Sequence record: NZ_CP116716.1
Length of the DNA stretch: 24,068 nucleotides
From: a plasmid
Direction: 5' to 3' (one strand)
The notes under the pieces were generated by a model, which was given only the letters and a program-made list of their open reading frames with translations, was not told the DNA's origin and searched no databases. Positions 16,557-24,068 of this stretch are shown here, one piece after another (positions within the stretch are counted from its first letter, which is position 1; each line of letters opens with the position of its first letter). The position numbers were made by a program, and so were the translations under genes.

Positions 16557-16758
16557 GGCAGCGCAAGTCAATCCTGGCGGATTCACTACCCCTGCGCGAA
16601 GGCCATCGGTGCCGCATCGAACGGCCGGTTGCGGAAAGTCCTCCCTGCGTCCGCTGATGGCCGGCAGCAGCCCGTCGTTGCCTGATGGATCCAACCCCTC
16701 CGCTGCTATAGTGCAGTCGGCTTCTGACGTTCAGTGCAGCCGTCTTCTGAAAACGACA

Positions 16759-17109
16759 ATGGAGGTGGTAGCCGAGGGTGTGGAAACACCCGACTGCCTT
16801 GCGTGGTTGCGGCAGGCGGGTTGCGACACGGTGCAGGGTTTCCTGTTCGCCAGGCCGATGCCGGCGGCGGCCTTCGTCGGCTTCGTCAACCAATGGAGGA
16901 ACACCACCATGAACGCCAATGAACCGAGCACCAGTTGCTGCGTGTGCTGCAAGGAAATCCCGCTCGATGCCGCCTTCACGCCGGAAGGGGCCGAGTACGT
17001 GGAGCATTTCTGCGGGCTGGAGTGCTATCAGCGCTTCCAGGCGCGGGCCAGCACTGCGACCGAAACCAGCGTCAAACCGGACGCTTGTGATTCGCCGCCG
17101 TCAGGTTGA
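16759..17109 (+). CDS. tnpM: TnpM, the C-terminal EAL-domain fragment of urf2, as in Tn21.
   Basis: [35 protein letters not shown]... starts immediately after IRi. Confidence 0.8.
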
Positions 17110-17238
17110 GGCATACCCTAACCGGATGTCAGGTTAAGCCATTTGGAAGCGTCAGAATAGAGCCATGTTTCCAATTTCTTGACGGCTGCCGCACAAGGCC
17201 ATAGATTCCTTCCTGACACTTTCAGCTCGGGAGGCATC
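17110..17238 (+). promoter_or_regulatory. res site of the Tn21-subfamily transposon.
   Basis: The position between tnpM and tnpR is the expected one. TGTCAGGTTAAGC and CGTCAGAATAG-type subsite sequences are present. Confidence 0.6.
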
Positions 17239-17799
17239 TTGCAAGGGCATCGCATCGGTTACGTCCGCGTCAGTAGCTTCGACCAGAACCCGGAACGGCA
17301 GCTCGAACACGTCCCGGTGGACAAGGTGTTCACCGACAAGGCGTCGGGCAAGGACACGCAGCGCCCGCAGCTCGACGCGCTGCTCGCCTTCGTGCGCGAG
17401 GGCGACACGGTGGTGGTGCACAGCATGGACCGCCTGGCGCGCAACCTGGACGACCTGCGCCGCCTGGTACAGGGGCTTACCCGGCGCGGCGTGCGCATCG
17501 AGTTCGTGAAGGAATGCCTGACCTTCACCGGTGAGGACTCGCCGATGGCGAACCTGATGCTGTCGGTGATGGGCGCGTTCGCCGAGTTCGAACGCGCCCT
17601 GATCCGCGAACGTCAGCGCGAGGGCATTGCGCTCGCCAAACAGCGCGGAGCCTACCGGGGCCGCAAGAAGGCCCTCGCGCCTGAGCGGGTGGCCGACTTG
17701 CGCCGCCGCGCTGCCGCTGGCGAGAAGAAGGCGCAGCTCGCCCGCGAGTTCGGCATCAGCCGAGAAACCTTGTACCAGTATCTGAGAACGGATGACTGA
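17239..17799 (+). CDS. tnpR: Tn501/Tn1721-type resolvase TnpR.
   Basis: [23 protein letters not shown]... with a TTG start after a GGGAGG RBS. Confidence 0.9.
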   Translation: MQGHRIGYVRVSSFDQNPERQLEHVPVDKVFTDKASGKDTQRPQLDALLAFVREGDTVVVHSMDRLARNLDDLRRLVQGLTRRGVRIEFVKECLTFTGEDSPMANLMLSVMGAFAEFERALIRERQREGIALAKQRGAYRGRKKALAPERVADLRRRAAAGEKKAQLAREFGISRETLYQYLRTDD

Positions 17800-17801
17800 C
17801 C

Positions 17802-20771
17802 ATGCCTCGCCGCAATTTGCTGACGCCCGCCGAGCGCACCAGCCTGCTTGCCTTCCCGGCTACTGACGATGAATTCATCCAGCATTACACCTTCTCCGAG
17901 TCCGACCTGTCGGTGATTCGCCAGCGGCGCGGCAGCCACAACCGGCTCGGCTTCGCGGTGCAGTTGTGCTACCTGCGCTACCCCGGCTTTGCCCTGCCGA
18001 CTGACGCGGAGCCGCCCGCCTCCCTGCTGAAGATCGTCGGTCGCCAGTTGCGCATCGAGCCGGACATTTGGTCGCAGTATGCGCAGCGGCCTGAAACCCG
18101 GCGCGAGCACCTGTTGGAGTTGCAAGCGTGGCTGAAACTGACGCCGTTCGCTGTCGCCGACTATCGGCACTTCGTTCACCAGCTCGCCGAACTGGCCCAG
18201 CAGACCGACCGGGGTATCGTGCTGGCCGAGGCGCTGGTCGAGTTGCTACGGCAACAACGCATCATCCTACCGACCGTCGATGTCATCGAGCGCGTGTGCA
18301 GCGAGGCGCTTACGCGCGGCACACGCCTGGTCTACGAAACGCTCACCGCGCCGCTCGGCGATTTCCACCGCCGTGCGCTCGACGGGCTGCTGGCGATCCG
18401 CGAGGGCACCAAGGGCAGTGGGCTGATCTGGTTGCGCCAGCCGCCCGGCCCACCGAAGCCCAAGCATGTGCTGGCCCACCTGGAGCGGCTGAAAACCATC
18501 CGCGACCTGTCGCTCCCGGACGGCCTGGAGCATGCCATCCACCAGAACCGTCTGCTGAAGCTCGCCCGCGAAGGCGGGCAGATGACGGCCCAGCACCTGC
18601 GCGACCTGGAGCTGAACCGTCGCTATGCAACCTTGGTCGCGGTGATCCTCGACACCCGCGCCACGCTGATCGACGAGATCATCGACCTGCACGACCGTTT
18701 CATGGGTTCGCTGTTCAGCAAGGCCAAGCGTAACCATGCCGACCGCTTTCAGCAGTCCGGCAAGGCGATCAACGACAAGGTGCGGCTGTACTCACGCATC
18801 GGCCGCGTCCTACTGGAAGCCAAGCAGTCGGGCGGCGATCCGTTCGCCGCCATCGAGGCGATCATCTCTTGGGATGCGTTCAGCGAAAGCATTACCGAAG
18901 CGGAAACGCTCGCCCGGCCGGAAGACTTCGATTTCCTGTCCCTGGTCGGCGACGGCTTCACCCAGCTCCGGCGTTACACGCCGGCCCTGCTGGACGCGCT
19001 GACCATGAAGGCTGCGCCGGCAGCGCGCGAACTGCTGTCCGGCGTCGAAGTGCTCAAAGGGATGAACTTCCGCCAAGCGCGCAAGGTGCCGGACGACGCG
19101 CCCACGTCGTTCGTGCGCAAGCGCTGGGAAAGCCTAGTGCGCACGGAAGATGGGCTTGACCGGCGCTTCTACGAGCTTTGCGTTCTGTCCGAGCTGAAGA
19201 ACTCACTGCGCTCCGGCGACATCTGGGTCCAGGGCTCGCGTCAGTTCAAGGATTTCGAGGACTACCTTTTGCCACCGCCGCGATTCGCGGCGCAGCGTGA
19301 CCAGCGGGAATTGGGCCTGGCTGTCGATACCGACTGCGACCGCTTTCTGGACGCTCGTCTTGCGGTGCTGCAAGAGCAACTGGCGACAGCCGAGCGGCTC
19401 GCCGCTGCCAACGAACTACCCGATGCAGCCATCACGAGCACCGGGCGAATCAAGATTACGCCGCTGGACAATGCCGTGCCGGATGAGGCCAAAGCGTTGA
19501 TGCAGCAGGCATACAGCTTGCTGCCGCACCTGAAGATCACCGAGCTGCTGCTGGAAGTCGATGGCTGGATCGGCTTTAGCCGCCACTTCAAGCACCTCAA
19601 GAGCGGCGCGACGGCCGAAGACCAGCACCTGTTGCTGACGACCATCCTTGCCGATGCCATCAACTTGGGCCTCTCCAAGATGGCTGAGTCCTGCCCTGGT
19701 GTGACCTACGCCAAGCTGACGTGGTTGCAGGCGTGGCACATCCGCGACGAAACCTATTCGGCGGGTCTGGCCGAGCTGGTCAACGCCCAGTTCCGCCAAC
19801 CCTTCGCCGCCTACTGGGGCGATGGCACCACGTCGTCATCGGACGGCCAGAACTTCAAGGCCGGCGGCCGTGGCCAAGCTGCCGGCCAAGTGAACCTGAA
19901 GTACGGTCAGGAGCCGGGCGTGCAGTTCTACACCCACATCTCCGACCAGTACGCGCCATTTCACACCAAGGTCATCAATGCCACGGTGCGCGACGCTACC
20001 CACGTCCTGGACGGGCTGCTGTATCACGAATCTGACCTGCGCATCGAGGAGCACTACACCGACACAGCCGGCTTCACCGATCACCTGTTTGCGCTGATGC
20101 ACCTCTTGGGCTTCCGCTTCGCCCCTCGCATCCGCGATCTGGCCGACAAGCGCCTATATATCCACGGCGACGCCAAACAGTACCCGACGCTCGCCGGTTT
20201 GATCGGTGGCAACGTCAACGTGAAGCACATTCGCGCCCATTGGGATGAAATCCTGCGGCTGGCAGCCTCGATCAAGCAGGGCACGGTGACGGCCTCGCTG
20301 ATGCTCCGAAAGCTCGGCAGCTATCCGCGCCAGAACGGCCTGGCCGTGGCCTTGCGCGAGCTGGGGCGCATCGAGCGCACGCTGTTCGCGCTCGACTGGA
20401 TGCAGAACGTCCAGTTGCGCCGCCGCGTGCAGATCGGTCTGAACAAGGGGGAGGCCAAGAACGCGCTGGCCCGAGCCGTGTTCCTGAACCGGCTCGGTGA
20501 AATCCGTGACCGCAGTTTCGAGAACCAGCGCTACCGCGCGAGCGGCCTCAACCTAGTGGTGGCGGCGATCATCCTGTGGAACACGGTTTACCTGGAACGG
20601 GCAGTCCAGGCGCTGCGCGACTCGGGCAAGAACATCGACAAGGGGCTGCTACCGCATCTTTCGCCGCTGGGCTGGGAGCACATCAACCTGACCGGCGATT
20701 ACATCTGGCGGCAGAACAAGCAGGTCGAGCAAGGCAAGTTCCGGCCGCTACGAATGCTTGCCGAAGCTTAG
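17802..20771 (+). CDS. tnpA: Tn3-family (Tn21 subgroup) transposase TnpA, 989 aa.
   Basis: Full-length ORF ending inside the 38-bp IR (...[11 protein letters not shown]). Confidence 0.95.
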   Translation: MPRRNLLTPAERTSLLAFPATDDEFIQHYTFSESDLSVIRQRRGSHNRLGFAVQLCYLRYPGFALPTDAEPPASLLKIVGRQLRIEPDIWSQYAQRPETRREHLLELQAWLKLTPFAVADYRHFVHQLAELAQQTDRGIVLAEALVELLRQQRIILPTVDVIERVCSEALTRGTRLVYETLTAPLGDFHRRALDGLLAIREGTKGSGLIWLRQPPGPPKPKHVLAHLERLKTIRDLSLPDGLEHAIHQNRLLKLAREGGQMTAQHLRDLELNRRYATLVAVILDTRATLIDEIIDLHDRFMGSLFSKAKRNHADRFQQSGKAINDKVRLYSRIGRVLLEAKQSGGDPFAAIEAIISWDAFSESITEAETLARPEDFDFLSLVGDGFTQLRRYTPALLDALTMKAAPAARELLSGVEVLKGMNFRQARKVPDDAPTSFVRKRWESLVRTEDGLDRRFYELCVLSELKNSLRSGDIWVQGSRQFKDFEDYLLPPPRFAAQRDQRELGLAVDTDCDRFLDARLAVLQEQLATAERLAAANELPDAAITSTGRIKITPLDNAVPDEAKALMQQAYSLLPHLKITELLLEVDGWIGFSRHFKHLKSGATAEDQHLLLTTILADAINLGLSKMAESCPGVTYAKLTWLQAWHIRDETYSAGLAELVNAQFRQPFAAYWGDGTTSSSDGQNFKAGGRGQAAGQVNLKYGQEPGVQFYTHISDQYAPFHTKVINATVRDATHVLDGLLYHESDLRIEEHYTDTAGFTDHLFALMHLLGFRFAPRIRDLADKRLYIHGDAKQYPTLAGLIGGNVNVKHIRAHWDEILRLAASIKQGTVTASLMLRKLGSYPRQNGLAVALRELGRIERTLFALDWMQNVQLRRRVQIGLNKGEAKNALARAVFLNRLGEIRDRSFENQRYRASGLNLVVAAIILWNTVYLERAVQALRDSGKNIDKGLLPHLSPLGWEHINLTGDYIWRQNKQVEQGKFRPLRMLAEA

Positions 20772-20804
20772 CGTACGATTTTTTCCGTTTCGTGAGCTGA
20801 CCCC
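20767..20804 (-). repeat. 38-bp terminal inverted repeat of a Tn501/Tn1721/Tn1696-like transposon.
   Basis: CTTAGCGTACGATTTTTTCCGTTTCGTGAGCTGACCCC. Its inner 21 bp are identical to the Tn501-type IR. Confidence 0.85.
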
Positions 20805-20805
20805 T

Positions 20806-20916
20806 ATTTGTCCCCGCTGGGGTGGGAGCATATCAACCTGACCGGCGATTACCTATGGCGCAGCAGTGCCAAGGTCGGTGCGGGGAAGTTCAGGCCATTG
20901 CGACCGCTGCCACCGG
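20806..20916 (+). pseudogene. Remnant of the Tn21 tnpA 3' end (...[36 protein letters not shown]).
   Basis: It is a second, divergent copy of the tnpA C-terminal coding sequence. It lies directly after the 38-bp IR and reads into the Tn21-type IR. Confidence 0.7.
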
Positions 20917-20933
20917 CTTAGCGTGCTTTATTT
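20917..20933 (-). repeat. Tn21 IRtnp, inner 17 bp, separated from the remainder by an IS insertion.
   Basis: CTTAGCGTGCTTTATTT. Confidence 0.8.
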
Positions 20934-22260
20934 AATGAGATGGTCACTCCCTCCTTCCCAGTACTATGCTGAGGACAGGCTTTCATTCGGAGAACCATCA
21001 TGGAAAACATTGCGCTTATTGGTATCGATCTGGGTAAGAACTCTTTCCATATTCATTGTCAGGATCATCGTGGGAAGGCCGTTTACCGTAAAAAATTCAC
21101 CCGACCAAAGCTAATCGAATTTCTGGCGACATGCCCAGCAACAACCATCGCGATGGAAGCCTGTGGCGGTTCTCACTTTATGGCACGCAAGCTGGCAGAG
21201 TTAGGGCATTTTCCAAAGCTGATATCACCGCAATTTGTCCGCCCATTCGTTAAAAGCAACAAAAATGACTTCGTTGATGCTGAAGCTATCTGTGAAGCAG
21301 CATCACGTCCATCTATGCGTTTCGTGCAGCCCAGAACCGAATCTCAGCAGGCAATGCGAGCTCTGCATCGTGTCCGTGAATCCCTGGTTCAGGATAAGGT
21401 GAAAACAACTAATCAGATGCATGCTTTTCTGCTGGAATTTGGTATCAGCGTTCCGCGAGGTGCTGCCGTTATTAGTCGACTGAGTACCCTTCTTGAGGAC
21501 AGTAGTTTGCCTCTTTATCTCAGCCAGTTACTGCTGAAATTACAACAGCATTATCACTATCTTGTTGAGCAGATTAAAGATCTGGAATCTCAGTTGAAAC
21601 GAAAGTTGGACGAAGATGAGGTTGGACAGCGCTTGCTGAGTATTCCCTGCGTTGGAACGCTGACTGCCAGTACTATTTCAACTGAGATTGGCGACGGGAA
21701 GCAGTACGCCAGCAGCCGTGACTTTGCGGCGGCAACAGGGCTGGTACCCCGACAGTACAGCACGGGAGGTCGGACGACATTGTTAGGGATTAGCAAGCGG
21801 GGCAACAAAAAGATCCGAACTTTGTTGGTTCAGTGTGCCAGGGTATTCATACAAAAACTGGAACACCAGTCTGGCAAGTTGGCCGACTGGGTCAGGGAGT
21901 TGTTGTGTCGGAAAAGCAACTTTGTCGTCACCTGTGCTCTGGCAAACAAGCTGGCCAGAATAGCCTGGGCACTGACGGCGCGACAGCAAACTTACGAAGC
22001 ATAAAGGCAGAAATACACCAGTTTAAACAATCATTCATCTGGTTTTGCGAATACTGATATTGATGATACAAACGGCCCACCGGCCTGTTGAGGAACCTGT
22101 AAAACGGAAAGGCTCGCTGAAGCCGTATATTTTCTGGAGGTTCATCAGGCGCGGAACTCATCGAGGCGCGGGAATAAAATCCCATTCAGACGCCGGATAG
22201 ATTCAAGCAAGCCAACTTATCGTCAAAATCGGTGTTGCAAAAACGGGAGTGACCATAGAT
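20934..22260 (+). mobile_element. IS4321/IS5075-like insertion sequence (IS110 family, IS1111 group), 1327 bp, inserted in the Tn21 38-bp IR.
   Basis: The length is exactly 1327 bp. It contains an IS110-family transposase gene. Subterminal inverted repeats ATGGTCACTCCC / GGGAGTGACCAT are present. Insertion in the IRs of Tn21-family transposons is the hallmark of IS4321/IS5075. Confidence 0.85.
21000..22004 (+). CDS. IS110-family transposase (334 aa).
   Basis: MENIALIGIDLGKNSFHIHCQD... has the typical N-terminal DEDD motif region of the IS110 family. Confidence 0.95.
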   Translation: MENIALIGIDLGKNSFHIHCQDHRGKAVYRKKFTRPKLIEFLATCPATTIAMEACGGSHFMARKLAELGHFPKLISPQFVRPFVKSNKNDFVDAEAICEAASRPSMRFVQPRTESQQAMRALHRVRESLVQDKVKTTNQMHAFLLEFGISVPRGAAVISRLSTLLEDSSLPLYLSQLLLKLQQHYHYLVEQIKDLESQLKRKLDEDEVGQRLLSIPCVGTLTASTISTEIGDGKQYASSRDFAAATGLVPRQYSTGGRTTLLGISKRGNKKIRTLLVQCARVFIQKLEHQSGKLADWVRELLCRKSNFVVTCALANKLARIAWALTARQQTYEA

Positions 22261-22281
22261 TCCGTTTTCTGAGACGACCCC
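22261..22281 (-). repeat. Tn21 IRtnp, outer 21 bp (TCCGTTTTCTGAGACGACCCC). The transposon outer end is at 22281.
   Basis: Joined with 20917-20933, this reconstitutes the 38-bp Tn21 IR. Confidence 0.8.
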
Positions 22282-22284
22282 CTG

Positions 22285-22470
22285 ATGGACGTGCAAGACT
22301 GGCAGCGCATCGCCCGGCAGGAGCTTGAGCGCCGGGCTACCAGCATCGTGCAGGCGCTGGATGATGCGACCCTTGAGGCCATCGCAGCGGGCACGCTCGA
22401 CATGCTGGCCATGTCCGACAGGTGGCCGACGAGATCCACCAGGCCGCCTAAGCCCTCCCCTCCCCTGCCC
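22285..22470 (+). other. 3' fragment of an unidentified gene truncated by the Tn21 end.
   Basis: The ORF has no plausible start. It begins at the transposon boundary and runs to a strong terminator. Confidence 0.3.
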
Positions 22471-22479
22471 TGCCACCGA

Positions 22480-22503
22480 ACCCCGCCGCGTGCGGGGTTT
22501 TTT
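22480..22503 (+). terminator. Rho-independent terminator.
   Basis: CCCCGCCGCGTGCGGGG followed by TTTTTT. Confidence 0.75.
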
Positions 22504-22504
22504 A

Positions 22505-22610
22505 TGACTTCAAACCCTCAAAAGGTGCATTTACTCAAATCCTCAATATGCTATACTGCGCTTGAGTAATTCCTTTTTTCCTCAAACGCTCAATAGCTCA
22601 AGGAGCGCAT
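22505..22610 (+). promoter_or_regulatory. Candidate parA operator/centromere: ACTC/CCTC/GCTC tetramer boxes separated by 4-bp AT-rich spacers (TP228 parH-like).
   Basis: ACTC AAAT CCTC AATA ... and CCTC AAAC GCTC AATA GCTC AAGG are seen upstream of parA. TTGAGTAAT recurs after each of the three adjacent genes. Confidence 0.4.
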
Positions 22611-23249
22611 ATGCAAGTCATTGCTGTACTGAACCAGAAGGGCGGGGCGGGTAAAACCACCATCGCCACCCACCTTGCCCGCGCCCTGCAACTCGACGGC
22701 GCAGACGTGTTGCTGGTTGATTCTGACCCGCAGGGCAGCGCCCGCGATTGGGCCGCCGTCCGCGAGGATCAACCCGTGCCCGTGGTTGGCATCGACCGGC
22801 CCACCATCGAGCGCGATCTAAAGAGCGTGGCCCGGAAAGACTTTGTTGTGATCGACGGAGCGCCGCAGGCTCATGACTTGGCCGTGTCGGCAATGAAGGC
22901 CGCCGATTGCGTGCTGATCCCGGTGCAGCCGTCGCCCTACGACATTTGGGCAACCTCTGACCTCGTGGATTTGGTCAAGCAGCGCATCGAGCTGACCGAC
23001 GGCAAGCTAAAAGCGGCTTTCGTGGTGTCCCGTGCGATCAAGGGCACCAAGATTGGTGCGGAAGTCTCCGAGGCGCTGGCCGGGTACGGCCTGCCGATCC
23101 TGCAAACGCGCATCACGCAGCGCGTCATCTACCCGAGCAGCGCGGCCAGCGGCACCACGGCCATTGACCAAGAGCCGACGAGCGAGGCCGCCGAGGAAAT
23201 CCGGGCGCTGGCTGAGGAAGTGCGCCGTTTCCTCAATTGCACCATTTGA
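22611..23249 (+). CDS. parA: ParA-type partition ATPase (type Ib, 212 aa).
   Basis: [23 protein letters not shown] carries a deviant Walker A motif. The ParF/ParA-like size fits. There is an AAGGAG RBS. Confidence 0.9.
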   Translation: MQVIAVLNQKGGAGKTTIATHLARALQLDGADVLLVDSDPQGSARDWAAVREDQPVPVVGIDRPTIERDLKSVARKDFVVIDGAPQAHDLAVSAMKAADCVLIPVQPSPYDIWATSDLVDLVKQRIELTDGKLKAAFVVSRAIKGTKIGAEVSEALAGYGLPILQTRITQRVIYPSSAASGTTAIDQEPTSEAAEEIRALAEEVRRFLNCTI

Positions 23250-23270
23250 GTAATTAAGGAGTAGGTGAAA

Positions 23271-23492
23271 ATGAGTAGCGGGAAACTTGGCATGAAAGCA
23301 GGCCGCCCGAGCGCCGCGAAGGCTGGCCCTACCTTGTCCGACCTTGCCGACAAGGCCGCCACCGTCCGGGTGAATTTCGACCTCGACCGGGCCGAGCACA
23401 CGAAGCTGAAGATTTACGCCGCCAAGACCGGGCGCAGCATCACGGACATTCTGCGCGAACTGGTGCGCTCACTTGATGAAAAGAGTGATTGA
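23271..23492 (+). CDS. ParG/ParB-like small ribbon-helix-helix centromere-binding protein (73 aa).
   Basis: A small basic protein immediately after parA. The C-terminal RHH-like segment is RVNFDLDRAEHTKLKIYAAKTGRSITDILRELV. There is an AAGGAG RBS. Confidence 0.65.
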   Translation: MSSGKLGMKAGRPSAAKAGPTLSDLADKAATVRVNFDLDRAEHTKLKIYAAKTGRSITDILRELVRSLDEKSD

Positions 23493-23525
23493 GTAATCAC
23501 TTAACCGGCTGGACGGGTCAAAAGC

Positions 23526-23912
23526 ATGGACTATAGTCCATACATTTTTGATTTGGCGAAATTTAATAATGTTGATGAAATACGGCGCGTGGGGTATAAA
23601 GTGATGGTTGAAATGGAACCGTTGAGTCTGGAGGTACTGCCGCCCTCTCATTTCAAGGCGTTTGCGAAGAACGCACCGCATGAGATCAAGGGCGCTGTCA
23701 TCGAGAACACAGAGCGCGGGCTGGTGATCGTGCTGCACGTTGGCAACGAGCGGCGCATTCTCGGCCAGTACCGGGGAGGCATCCGGTTTTTTCGCTCTTT
23801 CGATGGCGCGGCGGCAGTGCTGCGGCAGCATGGCGTGCTGCACTGGACGGCGAATGCAAAAGGCTGGATTCCGCGAACTTTGGAAGCGAAGGAGCGGAGT
23901 TCAGATGGATGA
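23526..23912 (+). CDS. Hypothetical protein, AT-richer than its surroundings.
   Basis: 128-aa ORF. Its start codon is embedded in the perfect 16-bp palindrome ATGGACTATAGTCCAT. Confidence 0.5.
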   Translation: MDYSPYIFDLAKFNNVDEIRRVGYKVMVEMEPLSLEVLPPSHFKAFAKNAPHEIKGAVIENTERGLVIVLHVGNERRILGQYRGGIRFFRSFDGAAAVLRQHGVLHWTANAKGWIPRTLEAKERSSDG

Positions 23913-23920
23913 AAAAGCAA

Positions 23921-23943
23921 AGCCCCGCGTGGCAGCGGGGCTT
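23921..23943 (+). terminator. Candidate stem-loop terminator.
   Basis: GCCCCGC-GTGGCA-GCGGGGC. It has a weak T-tract. Confidence 0.4.
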
Positions 23944-24068
23944 GGCAGGGGGCGGGACTAGTCAGGTGGCACTGGCTAGAACCCAAAGGCGCAACCTATA
24001 CAGGCAACACCCAGACATGGTTTGCATTGTAGCGCCCCACCTCTTGCCGCACAAGCGGAAAGAAGGTT

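Larger units (their letters stand above)
15404..16758 (+). mobile_element. Class 1 integron 5'-conserved segment, copy 2. It is inverted relative to copy 1, is the same 1355-bp length, and has its IRi at 16734-16758.
   Basis: The proteins encoded are identical to those of copy 1, and the end segments spot-checked are identical. IRi directly abuts the tnpM ATG, as in Tn21. Confidence 0.9.

Noticed and set aside
11386-16763. Target-site duplications flanking the IRt...IRi or IRi...IRi units.
   Set aside because: The 5-bp flanks do not match: ATAAA at the IRt end, TCAAA before the left IRi, and ATGGA after the right IRi. No simple single transposition event can be supported.
16495-17109. 204-aa ORF spanning the integron IRi into tnpM.
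   Set aside because: It is a read-through of non-coding 5'-CS sequence across the IRi boundary. The real gene is tnpM, starting at the ATG at 16759 directly after IRi.

Overview
This window is a GC-rich plasmid-type region, apparently proteobacterial. A backbone segment (1-11390) carries the following, in order:
- a Rep initiator gene, possibly truncated at the window edge;
- an array of 18 perfect tandem 17-bp repeats (candidate oriV iterons) preceded by a second repeat family;
- kfrA followed by a translationally coupled small ORF;
- a DEDDh (DnaQ-like) exonuclease gene flanked by a recurring AT-rich 16-bp motif;
- an IncP Tra1 / IncQ-2-like mobilisation module: traK/L/M-like genes plus one extra gene reading leftward, a candidate oriT with an ATCCTGC nic motif and hairpin, then a traJ/mobB-like gene and a MOBP relaxase fused to a RepB'-like primase domain, reading rightward;
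- a brnT-brnA toxin-antitoxin pair with a coupled third ORF.

From 11391 to 22281 lies a composite resistance region:
- a Tn402-type IRt end;
- a 5'-truncated yafQ/relE-like remnant;
- a serine resolvase with a res-like site;
- two identical 1355-bp class 1 integron 5'-CS copies (IRi-intI1-PcS-attI1) in inverted, head-to-head orientation, enclosing a blaOXA-10-family gene (S73) and aac(6')-Ib that are joined without an intervening attC;
- the Tn21 context tnpM-res-tnpR-tnpA, with Tn501/Tn1721-type tnpR and tnpA, ending in a 38-bp IR that abuts a Tn21 tnpA 3' remnant;
- the Tn21 IRtnp split by a 1327-bp IS4321/IS5075-type IS110-family element.

To the right there is a truncated gene fragment, a strong terminator, and a TP228-like parA-parG module with ACTC tetramer boxes. 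A further gene begins on a perfect 16-bp palindrome.

Most of the window is recognisable mobile-element mosaic. The observations most worth a second look are the mirror-image double integron with non-canonical cassette junctions, the exonuclease/motif module, the iteron array and the relaxase-primase fusion.
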